Shown: positions 8,230 to 18,450 of the stretch, piece after piece
How positions within the stretch are numbered: position 1 is the stretch's first letter
Layout: each line of letters opens with the position of its first letter
Assembly (NCBI GenBank): GCA_963675525.2
Contig: CAXXSL010000004.1
Span: forward strand, 1-38,006
DNA length: 38,006 nucleotides
Reading direction: 5' to 3'
Source: Anaerohalosphaeraceae bacterium
Lineage (GTDB): Bacteria > Planctomycetota > Phycisphaerae > Sedimentisphaerales > Anaerohalosphaeraceae
Notes under the pieces: generated by a model
The model's database searches: none
What the model was told of the DNA's origin: nothing
Seen by the model: the letters and a program-made list of their open reading frames with translations, nothing else
Made by a program: the position numbers and the translations under genes

Positions 8230-9228
8230 ATGGGCAAAAATATTGCCATTGCCGGGGTGACCGGCGCAGTCGGACAGGAATTTTTGAGAATTATCGAAGA
8301 GCGGAAATTCCCCTTCGATTCACTGAAAATGTTAGCCAGCCATCGCTCGGCCGGTAAGAAAATCGATTTTATGGGTAAGACCTACACGGTCGAGGAACTG
8401 ACCGCCGACAGTTTTGAGGGCATCGATATTGCCCTGTTTTCCGCAGGCGGCGGACGCAGCAAGGAGTTTGCTCCTGCCGCGGTCAAAGCTGGCGCGGTGG
8501 TCGTAGATAATTCGTCTGCGTTCCGCATGGACCCGGGTGTGCCGCTGGTCGTGCCGGAAGTCAATGCCGATGCGATTGCACAGCACAAGGGTATTATCGC
8601 CAACCCGAACTGTACGACGATCATCGCAAATGTCGCGGTGTATCCGCTGCACAAGGCCAATCCGATCAAACGTATGATCGTCAGCACGTATCAGGCCGCC
8701 AGCGGTGCGGGCCAGTCAGCCATGCTCGAAATGCTTCAGCAGGCCAAAGAAGTTCTTGCAGATGAACCTGTAACATGTAATACGTTGAAATACCAGTTGG
8801 CGTTTAACCTGTACTGCCACGATTCGGCGATCGGGCCAAACGGCTACAATGAAGAAGAAATGAAGATGGTCAAGGAAACGCACAAGATCTTCAGTTGTCC
8901 GGATATCGCGATTACCTGTACCTGTGTGCGTGTGCCGGTGGTGCGAACACACTGTGAAAGCATCAACCTGGAGTTCACCAACCCGATCACGCCGGATGAG
9001 GTTCGAGATATTCTAAAAGATGCCCCCGGCGTGAAGATTATTGACGACCGTGAAAACAACCGCTTCCCAATGCCGACCGATGCCAGCGGTAAGGACGATT
9101 GTTACGTTGGCCGGATTCGTCAGGATGAGTCGTTGCCGGGTGGCCGCGGCATCAATCTTTGGATTGCCGGCGACCAGATTCGCAAAGGGGCGGCGTTGAA
9201 TGCAATCCAAATCGCGGAATTGCTATAA
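8230..9228 (+). CDS. asd: Aspartate-semialdehyde dehydrogenase
   Basis: GVTGAVG, DNSSAFRM, PLVVPEVN, IIANPNCTT, STYQAASGAG, CVRVPV, DQIRKGAALNA. Confidence 0.97.
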   Translation: MGKNIAIAGVTGAVGQEFLRIIEERKFPFDSLKMLASHRSAGKKIDFMGKTYTVEELTADSFEGIDIALFSAGGGRSKEFAPAAVKAGAVVVDNSSAFRMDPGVPLVVPEVNADAIAQHKGIIANPNCTTIIANVAVYPLHKANPIKRMIVSTYQAASGAGQSAMLEMLQQAKEVLADEPVTCNTLKYQLAFNLYCHDSAIGPNGYNEEEMKMVKETHKIFSCPDIAITCTCVRVPVVRTHCESINLEFTNPITPDEVRDILKDAPGVKIIDDRENNRFPMPTDASGKDDCYVGRIRQDESLPGGRGINLWIAGDQIRKGAALNAIQIAELL

Positions 9229-9248
9229 AAAAACGCAACAGCAGATAA

Positions 9249-9325
9249 AACCATGAAGGGCATAAGGATCACGAAGATTGTTATAAATAATTTTCTTCTT
9301 TATGCCCTTCATGTGCTTCATGGTT
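9249..9325. repeat. Inverted pair of degenerate 9-mer triplets (tandem-inverted repeat)
   Basis: Left arm CCATGAAGG GCATAAGGA TCACGAAGA; right arm TCTTTATGC CCTTCATGT GCTTCATGG; AT-rich spacer. Confidence 0.75.
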
Positions 9326-9333
9326 AATTGGCA

Positions 9334-10074
9334 ATGTCCCAACGTCGAATCAAACTTGTTGTCCACTACGACGGCACCGCGTACCACGGCTGGCAAGCCC
9401 AGGCCGATGTTGATACCATTCAGGAGCAGCTTGAAAAAGCTCTCGAAAAACTGTGCGGTTGCCAGGTGAAACTGATTGGCTCATCACGCACCGATGCGGG
9501 CGTTCATGCCTTGGGACAGGTCGCTCATGCCGACATTGACACCCCGGTTCCCACAAAAAATATCATACGGTCGCTGAATCGCTATTTGCCGGATGATATT
9601 GTGGTCACCGAAGCCGAAGACGTCGATGAAAGCTTCGACGCCATCCGCAGCACAACGAGTAAGCTTTACCGGTACAGCATTTATACCGGAAAGATTCGGC
9701 CCGTTCGCGAGATCCGGTATTGCTGGCATCGTCCGGGCAAACTCAACATCCTTAAAATGCAGCAGGCCGCCGAAAAAATGCTTGGTAAAAAAGATTTCAA
9801 GTCGTTTGCCTCCGCCGCGGATCAGCGAGAAAGCTCGATTCGAACGATCCTGAAATGCGAGGTCATTGAAAGCAAACCGTTTATTTATATTGATGTTGAA
9901 GCAGACGGTTTTTTGTATAATATGGTACGAAACATTGTCGGCACACTGGTGGACATCGGACGCGGACGGTGGGATCCGGAATATATCGAGGAAATCCTCA
10001 CCGCCAAAGACCGCGCCGCCGCAGGAAAAATCGCCCCGGCAAGAGGCTTGTGCCTCATGGAAATAGATTATTAA
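9334..10074 (+). CDS. truA: tRNA pseudouridine(38-40) synthase
   Basis: YDGTAYHGWQ, SRTDAGVHALGQ, GFLYNMVRNIVG, APARGL. Confidence 0.97.
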   Translation: MSQRRIKLVVHYDGTAYHGWQAQADVDTIQEQLEKALEKLCGCQVKLIGSSRTDAGVHALGQVAHADIDTPVPTKNIIRSLNRYLPDDIVVTEAEDVDESFDAIRSTTSKLYRYSIYTGKIRPVREIRYCWHRPGKLNILKMQQAAEKMLGKKDFKSFASAADQRESSIRTILKCEVIESKPFIYIDVEADGFLYNMVRNIVGTLVDIGRGRWDPEYIEEILTAKDRAAAGKIAPARGLCLMEIDY

Positions 10075-10081
10075 AAAAAGT

Positions 10082-10168
10082 GTGGCATCGCTTCTGGTCG
10101 AAGACCAAAGCGATGGGAGTCTCTCCGAACAATCCATGCCTTCCGCCCTCGGCGGGAAAGCATGCCAC
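10082..10168. repeat. Inverted pair of REP-like hairpins with GTGGCAT...ATGCCAC ends
   Basis: GTGGCATCGCTTCTGGTC-GAA-GACCAAAGCGATG (10082-10115) and CATGCCTTCCGCCCTCGGCGGGAAAGCATGCCAC (10135-10168). Confidence 0.7.
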
Positions 10169-10190
10169 CCAAGAATGGATTTATATAGAG

Positions 10191-11378
10191 ATGAAAATCG
10201 TACACATTATAACCCGGCTAATTTTGGGCGGTGCCCAGGAAAACACCCTGATCACCTGCAATCTGCTTGCTGAGCGGGGGCATGATGTTACCCTCATTAC
10301 CGGCCCGGCTATCGGTCCGGAAGGCGCCTTGTTTGAACAAACCAAAACCGGCGGCTATGACGTGGTCGTCATCGACAACCTGCGGCGTGCGATCAATCCT
10401 GTTTACGATATTCCCGCCTATTTCGAACTCAAAAAACTGCTGAAACAACTTGCCCCGGATATCGTGCATACCCATTCCGCCAAAGCCGGGATTCTGGGAC
10501 GATATGCAGGCTGGGTATTAAAAGGCAAACTGCCCGAAAAAGATAACCGTTTTCCGATCGTACTGCACACCATCCACGGGTTAGCATTTCATTCTTATCA
10601 AAACGCCCTGCTGAATAAATTCTATATTGCTATTGAGAAAGCAACAGGAAACCATACGGATGCCTTTTTGACAGTAGCGGATGTCATGACCGAAAAAGCA
10701 AAAGCCGCAGGCGTCGGATTGGATAAACCCTACACAACCGCCTATTCAGCCATCGAAGAGGATGCGTTTTTAACACCGCCGAACCCCGCTGAGATTGCCG
10801 ATTTTCGCCGAAAATATAATATTCCCAACGAAGCGGTCGTCATCGTTAAGGTGGCCCGCCTGTTTGACCTGAAAGGCCATGAATATGTCATCGAATCGGC
10901 CCGACGGTTAGCCGCCAAATATGACAACTGCGTGTGGCTGTTCGTCGGCGACGGCCAGTTAACCGAACAATTGAAAAGCCAAATCCGGTTTGCGGGGCTT
11001 GAACATCGCTTTAAATTTACAGGGCTTTTGCCGCCGGAACAGATTCCTTTGGCTATCCATGCTTCCGATATTTTGGTGCACTGCTCGCTGCGGGAAGGTC
11101 TGGCCCGTGTCCTGCCGCAGGCTATGCTGTGCGGTAAACCGGTTGTCAGCTTTGATATTGACGGCGCCAAAGAAGTGGTCAATGAAAATACCGGTTTTCT
11201 GATCGAGCCGGAAAATATTGACCAACTTCGGGATGCCTGTGAAAAACTGATCAAGAACGAAGTGCTTCGCCGTCAGTTGGGAGAAAACGGAAGAAATTTC
11301 GTAACCAAAAAATTCGCCCCCGCCACAATGGTGGATACGATTGAAAAGGTTTATAACGAATTGACGGCGGCATCATAA
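10191..11378 (+). CDS. Glycosyltransferase family 4
   Basis: MKIVHIITRLILGGAQENT, DIVHTHSAKAG, KGH, EGLARVLPQAM. The start is placed at ATG 10191, not 9969. Confidence 0.92.
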   Translation: MKIVHIITRLILGGAQENTLITCNLLAERGHDVTLITGPAIGPEGALFEQTKTGGYDVVVIDNLRRAINPVYDIPAYFELKKLLKQLAPDIVHTHSAKAGILGRYAGWVLKGKLPEKDNRFPIVLHTIHGLAFHSYQNALLNKFYIAIEKATGNHTDAFLTVADVMTEKAKAAGVGLDKPYTTAYSAIEEDAFLTPPNPAEIADFRRKYNIPNEAVVIVKVARLFDLKGHEYVIESARRLAAKYDNCVWLFVGDGQLTEQLKSQIRFAGLEHRFKFTGLLPPEQIPLAIHASDILVHCSLREGLARVLPQAMLCGKPVVSFDIDGAKEVVNENTGFLIEPENIDQLRDACEKLIKNEVLRRQLGENGRNFVTKKFAPATMVDTIEKVYNELTAAS

Positions 11379-11423
11379 TTGGCCCAACGTGCTTTGTGGA
11401 AATGGTTATCGATGGAAACTCTG

Positions 11424-11505
11424 TGTCATTCCGAACGAATGTGAGGAATCTGTTTTTTAGGAACGTTCCTGTTTAAATAGATTCTTCGCTTTGCTCAGAA
11501 TGACA
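11424..11505. repeat. Inverted REP doublet (GTCATT-type) between convergent genes; may also act as a bidirectional terminator
   Basis: TGTCATTCCGAACGAATGTGAGGAATCT ... AGATTCTTCGCTTTGCTCAGAATGACA, with a central AGGAACGTTCCT palindrome. Confidence 0.75.
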
Positions 11506-11544
11506 TTTTTTATACGCACCGTCTTTTCACAGGGCAGACCTGTT

Positions 11545-12288
11545 TCATTTGAATATTTCAAACGACCCCAAATGTGCTTTCTGGAGCAGAAATTTGCCCA
11601 TCACCGCCAGGGTTTGCAGGCCGTATGTTAAGGATCGGCTGAAATTGATCGATGACGCCTCATCGAAGTAACGTGTCGGAATGGGAATGTCTCCCAGACG
11701 AAAACCGCGATAGACCGCCTGTGCCAGAAACTCCGTATCAAACACAAAATCGTCCGAGTTGGCGTGGTAATCGACGGTCTCCAGAACCTTTCGGGTATAC
11801 GCACGGAAGCCGGAATGAAAATCGCCGAGGTTTTGTCCCATGGCGAAATTTTCCACCGTCGTCAGGAAGCGATTGCTGATATATTTATAGATCGGCATGC
11901 CGCATTCAAGCGTCTCTTTGCGGGTTCGGATGCGCGAGCCCATGATCACATCACAAATATCGTTGGCGAGAAACCCTACGACATACGGAATGATACGCGG
12001 ATCATATTGATAATCCGGGTGAACCATCACGACAATGTCCGCCCCTTTTTCCAACGCGGCGTCATACAGACTCTTCTGGTTGGCTCCATAGCCTTTGTTC
12101 TCTTTGTGCTGAAGAACCGTAATCCCTAATGCCCGGGCAACCTCAACGGTATTGTCACTGCTGTTATCGTCATTCAGAATCACTTCATCCACAGAACCTG
12201 CGGGAATGTCCTTGACCGTTTTTTCCACGGTTTGAGCCGCATTATATGCCGGCATAACAACGATTACTTTCTGTTTCTTTTCAACCAT
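11545..12288 (-). CDS. Glycosyltransferase family 2 (DPM1-like, polyprenol-phosphate glycosyltransferase type)
   Basis: [41 protein letters not shown]. Confidence 0.92.
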   Translation of the reverse strand: MVEKKQKVIVVMPAYNAAQTVEKTVKDIPAGSVDEVILNDDNSSDNTVEVARALGITVLQHKENKGYGANQKSLYDAALEKGADIVVMVHPDYQYDPRIIPYVVGFLANDICDVIMGSRIRTRKETLECGMPIYKYISNRFLTTVENFAMGQNLGDFHSGFRAYTRKVLETVDYHANSDDFVFDTEFLAQAVYRGFRLGDIPIPTRYFDEASSINFSRSLTYGLQTLAVMGKFLLQKAHLGSFEIFK

Positions 12289-12460
12289 AATCTAAATCCT
12301 GAAAACCACGATTCCTCGACATTTAATATTAAAGGGACAAGAATGTCAAGATTTATCTGACAGGCAGGCTTTCCGAAAATCTGTATTTGATTTTTTCTCC
12401 TATTGGCTCTACCATAAGGTGAATTTGCTGAAACTGACTTGTTAAAATGGAAAATCAACC

Positions 12461-12877
12461 ATGAAAACACTGACCCAAGAAATCTGGATGGAGGTCCCAA
12501 CCCGGCGTGCGATTGTTTCCATACACCGGGAAATTGAGCGTTTGGTCGCCGAAAGCGGTGTACAAGACGGCTTGGTACTTATCAACGCAATGCATATCAC
12601 CGCATCGGTCTTTATCAATGACAACGAGTCCGGCCTGCATCACGATTACGAGGTCTGGCTGGAAAAACTGGCCCCCGAAAAGCCCCACAGCCAGTACCGC
12701 CACAACGGCTACGAGGACAATGCCGATGCTCACATGAAGCGGCAGGTCATGGGCCGCGAGGTCGTCGTCGCCATCACTGAAGGCCAATTGCACCTGGGTC
12801 CGTGGGAGCACATCTTCTACTATGAATTCGACGGCAAACGCCGAAAACGCCTGCTTGTCAAAATTATCGGGGAATGA
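12461..12877 (+). CDS. yjbQ: YjbQ / UPF0047 family protein
   Basis: [34 protein letters not shown]. Confidence 0.9.
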   Translation: MKTLTQEIWMEVPTRRAIVSIHREIERLVAESGVQDGLVLINAMHITASVFINDNESGLHHDYEVWLEKLAPEKPHSQYRHNGYEDNADAHMKRQVMGREVVVAITEGQLHLGPWEHIFYYEFDGKRRKRLLVKIIGE

Positions 12878-12886
12878 CCGGCAGCC

Positions 12887-13526
12887 ATGAACGAACTCTC
12901 ACTTTTTTTAGTTCAGACGGTTATTATCTCGCTTTCGGGCGTGATGGCACCGGGCGACGATGACCGCGGCAACGATTGCGCAGGGCACCCGCAACCGCTG
13001 GGCCGGGGCGCTGATTTCGGTCGGGCACGGCATCGTCGAAATTCCGCTGATTTTCGCACTGATGCTGGGAGCCTGCATTTTATCTTCGCAGATCAATGCC
13101 GTTAAAATCATGATCGGGCTTGCCGGCGGCGGGTTTCTGCTGTGGATGGGAGCCGGAATGCTGCGGCAACTCCGTAATACACAAGCCGATCAAAGCCGAA
13201 ACTTCAAATCCGGTTTTATCACCACCGGTATTATCCTGTCGGCAACCAATCCCTACTTTTTGCTCTGGTGGGCCACCGTCGGGCTGAACCTTGCCCTTGG
13301 CGCAAAAGACCTGGGCCTTTGGGCACTGGTGGTATTCGCGATTGTCCACTGGATGTGTGATCTGATCTGGCTGTCAATTCTTTCATTCACCGCATTTTAT
13401 ATGAACAAAGGAGCTGGAATTTTCAGCAAAAACTTTGAAAAAGCCATCCTGATCTTCTGCGGCATCGCCCTGCTGGTCTTCGGGGTCAAATTCATGATCG
13501 ATGCCGTGCGTCTCTGGTTCTTCTAA
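12887..13526 (+). pseudogene. LysE/RhtB-family exporter with an apparent +1 frameshift (pseudogene or sequence error)
   Basis: Frame 1 gives MNELSLFLVQTVIISLSGVMAPG; frame 2 continues MTAATIAQG..GHGIVE..NPYFLLWW. There are four bases (GACG, 12956-12959) where one codon is expected. Confidence 0.8.
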
Positions 13527-14971
13527 GATAACTCTTCCTCATTATCCAGCGGTTCCTGAAAAGATTCCGTCTGAATATCAAACGTCTCATCCTTGTTCAA
13601 AACCTGCCTAAGCGTGTAACGGGACAGGTGCTTGTTCATTTCGTCAAATACCGCCTGCATATTCGTCGCGTCCGCGGCGCTGGGTTGGGCGAAGCTGACT
13701 TCGCTAATGGCGAGGGAAATCTCGTCCAGCGTGATATGCGCTCCGTCGGTGGACGGGACATAGCCGACAGTCGGCTCGCTGGTATGACACAGCAGGCCGC
13801 ACTGTACCATACGGTTGAGGATTTTTTCGGTGAAATCGGTCGGCATTCCCAACCGGTAGGCAATCGTCTCGATGCTGACGGGCTTCTGGTCTTTTCGCTC
13901 AAACGCATTCAGGACATATTCCATCACGCGAATCACGGTCTGGTCGTTGGCCAGGAAACACTTTTCCTGCCGGCGGGCCTTGCCGAACTCCGCCGCATCC
14001 AGACGCTTGATATTCTGCGTCGCATACGTCAGTTGCAGACCGAACAGCACAATCAGCCAGGACACATAGATCCAAAACACCGTCAACGGAATGACGCCTA
14101 AAATCCCATAGACCGCCTGATACATCACGACCTTGCTCATGTAAATACTCAACCCGTATTTAGCAGCCGTCCATAAGACCGTTGCCACAAACGCCCCCCA
14201 CAAAGCCGAGCCGGAACTGACACGCGTATTCGGAAGAAAATAATACAAAAAGAAAAACGCTATGATGCTGACCAGGAAAGGGATCACCGGTGCCAGATGC
14301 GAAAAAATGCCTTGTGAAAATTCCGTCGCCAAAAGATAGCGCGTGCTGACATAAAGCCCTGCCCCGATCAGGAGCGGGCCCAGCGTCAACAGCGCCCAGT
14401 AATTAAACAGTCGATGCAGAAAAGATCGTCCCGTTCCCACATGATAGATATTGTTAAACGCCCGTTCGGTCGTGGTCAGCAGTCCGATGGCCGCCCAGAT
14501 CACCAGGGCCAGTCCCACCCCTGTGATCGCCCCCGTATTCAGCTTGGAGATATACCGTTCGATCAGTTCATCCATTTTGCCGGCGACACTGACCTTTTTA
14601 ATGCTTGCGGGTGTTTTTTCCGGTGCGGCGCCGATCGAAGGCTGTTCTTTTTTCATCGCCGTACCGCCCGTCTCTTCGGCAGGATATTCGATGTGTGTCA
14701 GGTTCAGCGACTCATACAGGAACGTTTTGATTCTATCACCGGCCTCACGATTAGCCGGAAACATCTGGAAGATCATCAGGATCACAATCGCCAGCGGCAG
14801 CAAACCAAAAATAGAATGATAGGCCAACGCCGCTGACTGAGTCAGGCATCGGTTGGTTCCCAACAGCCGAAAACAATGAAACCAGATACGTACCTGAAGG
14901 ACTAAAAAGCGGCTCCATTTCCCCAATTCATTCGTTGGTAACGTCAACAGATTTTTCATTTTCTGCATCAT
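13523..14971 (-). CDS. YihY/virulence factor BrkB family membrane protein with a C-terminal Rrf2-like winged helix
   Basis: SAALAYHS, ERAFNNI, YWALLTLGP, PNTRV, YGILGVIP, WIYVSWLIVLFG, then an HTH-like tail (IAYRLGMP..ILNRMVQCGL..GYVP). Confidence 0.88.
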   Translation of the reverse strand: MMQKMKNLLTLPTNELGKWSRFLVLQVRIWFHCFRLLGTNRCLTQSAALAYHSIFGLLPLAIVILMIFQMFPANREAGDRIKTFLYESLNLTHIEYPAEETGGTAMKKEQPSIGAAPEKTPASIKKVSVAGKMDELIERYISKLNTGAITGVGLALVIWAAIGLLTTTERAFNNIYHVGTGRSFLHRLFNYWALLTLGPLLIGAGLYVSTRYLLATEFSQGIFSHLAPVIPFLVSIIAFFFLYYFLPNTRVSSGSALWGAFVATVLWTAAKYGLSIYMSKVVMYQAVYGILGVIPLTVFWIYVSWLIVLFGLQLTYATQNIKRLDAAEFGKARRQEKCFLANDQTVIRVMEYVLNAFERKDQKPVSIETIAYRLGMPTDFTEKILNRMVQCGLLCHTSEPTVGYVPSTDGAHITLDEISLAISEVSFAQPSAADATNMQAVFDEMNKHLSRYTLRQVLNKDETFDIQTESFQEPLDNEEELS

Positions 14972-15054
14972 GATTTATTCCCTTTGTCATTCCGGGCACA
15001 ATCACGGAACGGATTTATACAATCTTGCCGAAGGCGAATTCTCAACTGGTCAGG

Positions 15055-17733
15055 TCACTTCTTCTGTTCCTTGTTAAAGATACCATCAAGCAATTCTAAA
15101 CCCTTTTCGACAGCTTCTCTCGTTTTTTCGTCTTTGATAGGAATTTGCTCTGTGATATTGCTTAATAAAAGCTTTGTCAAGTCCAGTTTCGGACGATCGA
15201 GCGTCCCCCCCAGAGCAACGATATGCGTTTTATCTTTAACGGGCACCTTTATATTCATCGCCAGACTTTTATCCAGTCCGATCGCCCCGCCAAAATGCAA
15301 TCCAAAGTCCTTCCCGAACATCATCGGCATATCGGCATATTCAACCAGTCCGTCTTTGACCGTAAAAGCAGACGCAGGGATCGTAAACAAGTCTAATCCT
15401 TCGGTTTTCAACGCTTCTTTGAACAACCCCAGCAGTGGGCTGTTTAGATGTACGTCTGTTAGACCGATAGAACCGATAAGATTAATATCTTTCGGTGTTC
15501 CGCCGCCCAGCGGGATTGCCAGTGTATCACAAGACAGGTTGGCGGTTCCGGTGACGCCGGTTCCCTTGGCAAATACGGGATTTAAATACTGTAACAGCTT
15601 GGCGCTGATGACATCATCGATTTTCACATTCTCAACAACTTGTGTAGATTGCGTAGACTTTCGAAGCCGCAGCATCATCGGCTTTTCGGTAAGGTTGATA
15701 TCACCGGCAAACCGTACCTTCCCGCCGTTCACATCGGCATCCGGGATATCAATCGTCGCCTGCCCTTGCTTGACATTCAGCGCCACTTCAGTTTTCCCGA
15801 AGTTCAATCCCTGATATTGGGCCTTGTCAAATCCGATTGTACCGACGGCATTGAGATTGGCCTTCATCAATTCCGGCTGAGCGGTCGGGTACTGTGATTC
15901 AAAATGCAGCCGATCCGAGCGCTTTCCCTCCATCGCCAATCCTTCCGGCAGATAGGCCGAGGCAAAAGCCGAGATGGTTTTTAAGTCGTACTGTGCCTGG
16001 AAATCGCCGGACAGTTTGGTGGTATCTTTACTAATCGTTTTTTCAACTTTTCCTTTTGAAATTTTGATCAGTGACTGACCATCAGCGGCCTGCATATCCA
16101 GTTTTCGGATGTCAACCGTTTGATTATCCGTATCAAGAATAATATCACCGGTCAAACTGACCTTTTCCTGCTGGAACGGTTCGCTGTCCGGCCGGGTGAT
16201 CTTCAGTTGCGTGATCTGGGTCTTCTCCGTCAACAGCCGAACACGGCTTTCCTCCGTTGTCACCTTCACTGCCGAATCAAGCAACCCGGCCAATTGGACA
16301 TCCTTCGGCAAGTCGGCAAACACCTGCACAAACGGCCACGTTTTGGCCAGATCCAGTTTTGCCTGTGCATCCGCAGAAATGGTCTTTGCCGCCTCTTCTG
16401 ACAACGGCAAAACCACATTGGCAATGTTTACCGTTCCGGGCGTTGCCATCATATTGACCGAAGCAAGCCGAAACTGATTGGCCTTTTTGTCAACGGCACA
16501 ATCAAAGTCCATTTGTACATCCGTCACCGGCGTCTGAACGCCGTCCTTTTTGGCAACCAACTTTGTAATCTTTCCGGCACCGCTGACGCCGATACGGTCC
16601 TCGGTCAGTTCAAGTTTACCTTGCAACGACAGATCCCCCTCCGTCGCTAATCCCTGCATATCCGCAAACTGACCGGCAAACTTCTGCGTCTGTTCAAGAT
16701 CAGCCTGAACCGTATAATTGATCGTATCCATTGAGCCGGAACAATTCACCGTACAAAACGAAGACTCGACACGGGCACGTTCGATCGTCATGGCATTCTC
16801 GTCGCCCGTGATCAAAGCCGACAGTTTGACCGGCTGATCAAAAACCGTCCGCTGCTCACCGGTTCCCTGTGCAAAACCGGTAATCACGGCATCAGCCTTC
16901 AACTGCCGGATTTCATTGTTACCGATCTGGATCGTCGCGTCCGCATTTAATTCGCCGGCCATATCCATCTCCTGACCGGCAAGGGCAAACAGCGGCTTGA
17001 GGCTGGCCAATTGTAATTTTGATATCTGGACTTCAAAATCCCCCTCTTTCAATGTCCAGCCTTTTTTCGAAGGGGTCGCGGTTCCCTTCGCGGAGATTTT
17101 CGATGCTTCATCGACATCCATGGAAATATCAACTGTAGATGGTTTCCCCGCTTCGGCGATCTGTACCGTTGAGGCGATGTTGGCGAAGTAAACGGTTTGC
17201 GGAACGTCTCCGACCAATTCAATCGTGGCCGCCCCATCGATCAGTTCCAGATCGATCTGTTGAACAGGAAAGACTGGAGCCGGTTTGGTGGATTCTTCCG
17301 CGACACCCGCCGGAACTTTCGTATCGGGTAAAGATTCCGGCTTCTCAGGAACCTTCAGATAAACCCGCGGGCCTTCAACAACCGTCTTTCCCAACTTGAC
17401 CTTACCGCCCAGCAATGAGGTATATTTCGGCTGGGTTTCGATCCGGCGGACTGTAACGGATGTGTTGCCGGCACTGTCATCATAAGAGAGATTCGTCAGC
17501 TTAACGCCCTTGAACCAGCCGATCGAAAAATCGTCCATCTGAACCTGACCGTCAACTGAACTGTTGATCCTGCCCAGCAGCATCCTGGTTCCGCCGGCCG
17601 AAGATAAATACAGAGGGGTCATAAAAAAGATCAGCAGTAATAGCCCCGCTGATCCGATGAGTATCCATTTTAACAGCCTGATTTTACCGCTTTTATGACC
17701 CTTGACAGGAACGTGTGCGTTTTCATTCTTCAT
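15055..17733 (-). CDS. AsmA-like membrane-anchored beta-rich protein
   Basis: Single N-terminal TM helix, long amphipathic beta-strand repeats, C-terminal LGGTLDRPKLD motif. Confidence 0.7.
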   Translation of the reverse strand: MKNENAHVPVKGHKSGKIRLLKWILIGSAGLLLLIFFMTPLYLSSAGGTRMLLGRINSSVDGQVQMDDFSIGWFKGVKLTNLSYDDSAGNTSVTVRRIETQPKYTSLLGGKVKLGKTVVEGPRVYLKVPEKPESLPDTKVPAGVAEESTKPAPVFPVQQIDLELIDGAATIELVGDVPQTVYFANIASTVQIAEAGKPSTVDISMDVDEASKISAKGTATPSKKGWTLKEGDFEVQISKLQLASLKPLFALAGQEMDMAGELNADATIQIGNNEIRQLKADAVITGFAQGTGEQRTVFDQPVKLSALITGDENAMTIERARVESSFCTVNCSGSMDTINYTVQADLEQTQKFAGQFADMQGLATEGDLSLQGKLELTEDRIGVSGAGKITKLVAKKDGVQTPVTDVQMDFDCAVDKKANQFRLASVNMMATPGTVNIANVVLPLSEEAAKTISADAQAKLDLAKTWPFVQVFADLPKDVQLAGLLDSAVKVTTEESRVRLLTEKTQITQLKITRPDSEPFQQEKVSLTGDIILDTDNQTVDIRKLDMQAADGQSLIKISKGKVEKTISKDTTKLSGDFQAQYDLKTISAFASAYLPEGLAMEGKRSDRLHFESQYPTAQPELMKANLNAVGTIGFDKAQYQGLNFGKTEVALNVKQGQATIDIPDADVNGGKVRFAGDINLTEKPMMLRLRKSTQSTQVVENVKIDDVISAKLLQYLNPVFAKGTGVTGTANLSCDTLAIPLGGGTPKDINLIGSIGLTDVHLNSPLLGLFKEALKTEGLDLFTIPASAFTVKDGLVEYADMPMMFGKDFGLHFGGAIGLDKSLAMNIKVPVKDKTHIVALGGTLDRPKLDLTKLLLSNITEQIPIKDEKTREAVEKGLELLDGIFNKEQKK

Positions 17734-17842
17734 AACGGGCTCCCTTCCATTGGAAATTCATAAGACCTTTTTTCGATTCCGTTTTTCAGCAGTCTTACTG
17801 TATCGGCAATTAATGGTATTACCTGAAGAATGTTTTCGGTCA

Positions 17843-18403
17843 TCAACTGTTCATGATCTCTTCAGATTTATTCTTCATAATATCATCGATCTGATCGATA
17901 TTTTTCTTCGTAATATCATCAATATTGGTTTTGCCCTTCTTACAGTCATCTTCGGTGAGCGTCTTGTTTTTCAGTTCATCATCCAGTTGCTTGTTGGCAT
18001 CCCGGCGGATATTTCGCACGCTGACCTTTGTCTTTTCGCCCAGTTGTTTGACCTGCTGGACGATCTGCTTCCGCCGCTCCTCACTCAAAGGAGGAATATT
18101 CAGGCGGATCATCTTACCCTCCACCATCGGCGCCAGGCTCAGGTCGCTGTTCTTGATGGCCTTTTCGATATCCTTAAGACAGTCGGCATCAAACGGCTTG
18201 ATAACAATAGAAGACGGCTCCGGAACCGCAATCGTCGCAAGCGACTTCAATGGGGTCGGAGAACCGTAATACTCAACGGAAAGATTTTCAACCAGCCCCG
18301 GTGAAGCACGGCCCGTTCGGACAGCTTTGAGTTCATTACGCAAAAAATCCACCGTCTTGACCATACTGTTTTCATGAATTGTAATAATTTGTCTTGTAGG
18401 CAT
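17843..18403 (-). CDS. frr: Ribosome recycling factor
   Basis: RTGRASP, YYGSPTPL, IPPLSEERR, VRNIRRDAN; synteny with pyrH. Confidence 0.97.
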   Translation of the reverse strand: MPTRQIITIHENSMVKTVDFLRNELKAVRTGRASPGLVENLSVEYYGSPTPLKSLATIAVPEPSSIVIKPFDADCLKDIEKAIKNSDLSLAPMVEGKMIRLNIPPLSEERRKQIVQQVKQLGEKTKVSVRNIRRDANKQLDDELKNKTLTEDDCKKGKTNIDDITKKNIDQIDDIMKNKSEEIMNS

Positions 18404-18450
18404 AAAGTTCCTTTCTTATCGAACAGCCGAATTTCAGAGAACGGCCAATC

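Noticed and set aside
9969..10190. 74-aa N-terminal extension of the GT4 ORF
   Set aside because: It overlaps truA and runs through a REP doublet; the family N-terminus begins at MKIVHIIT (10191).
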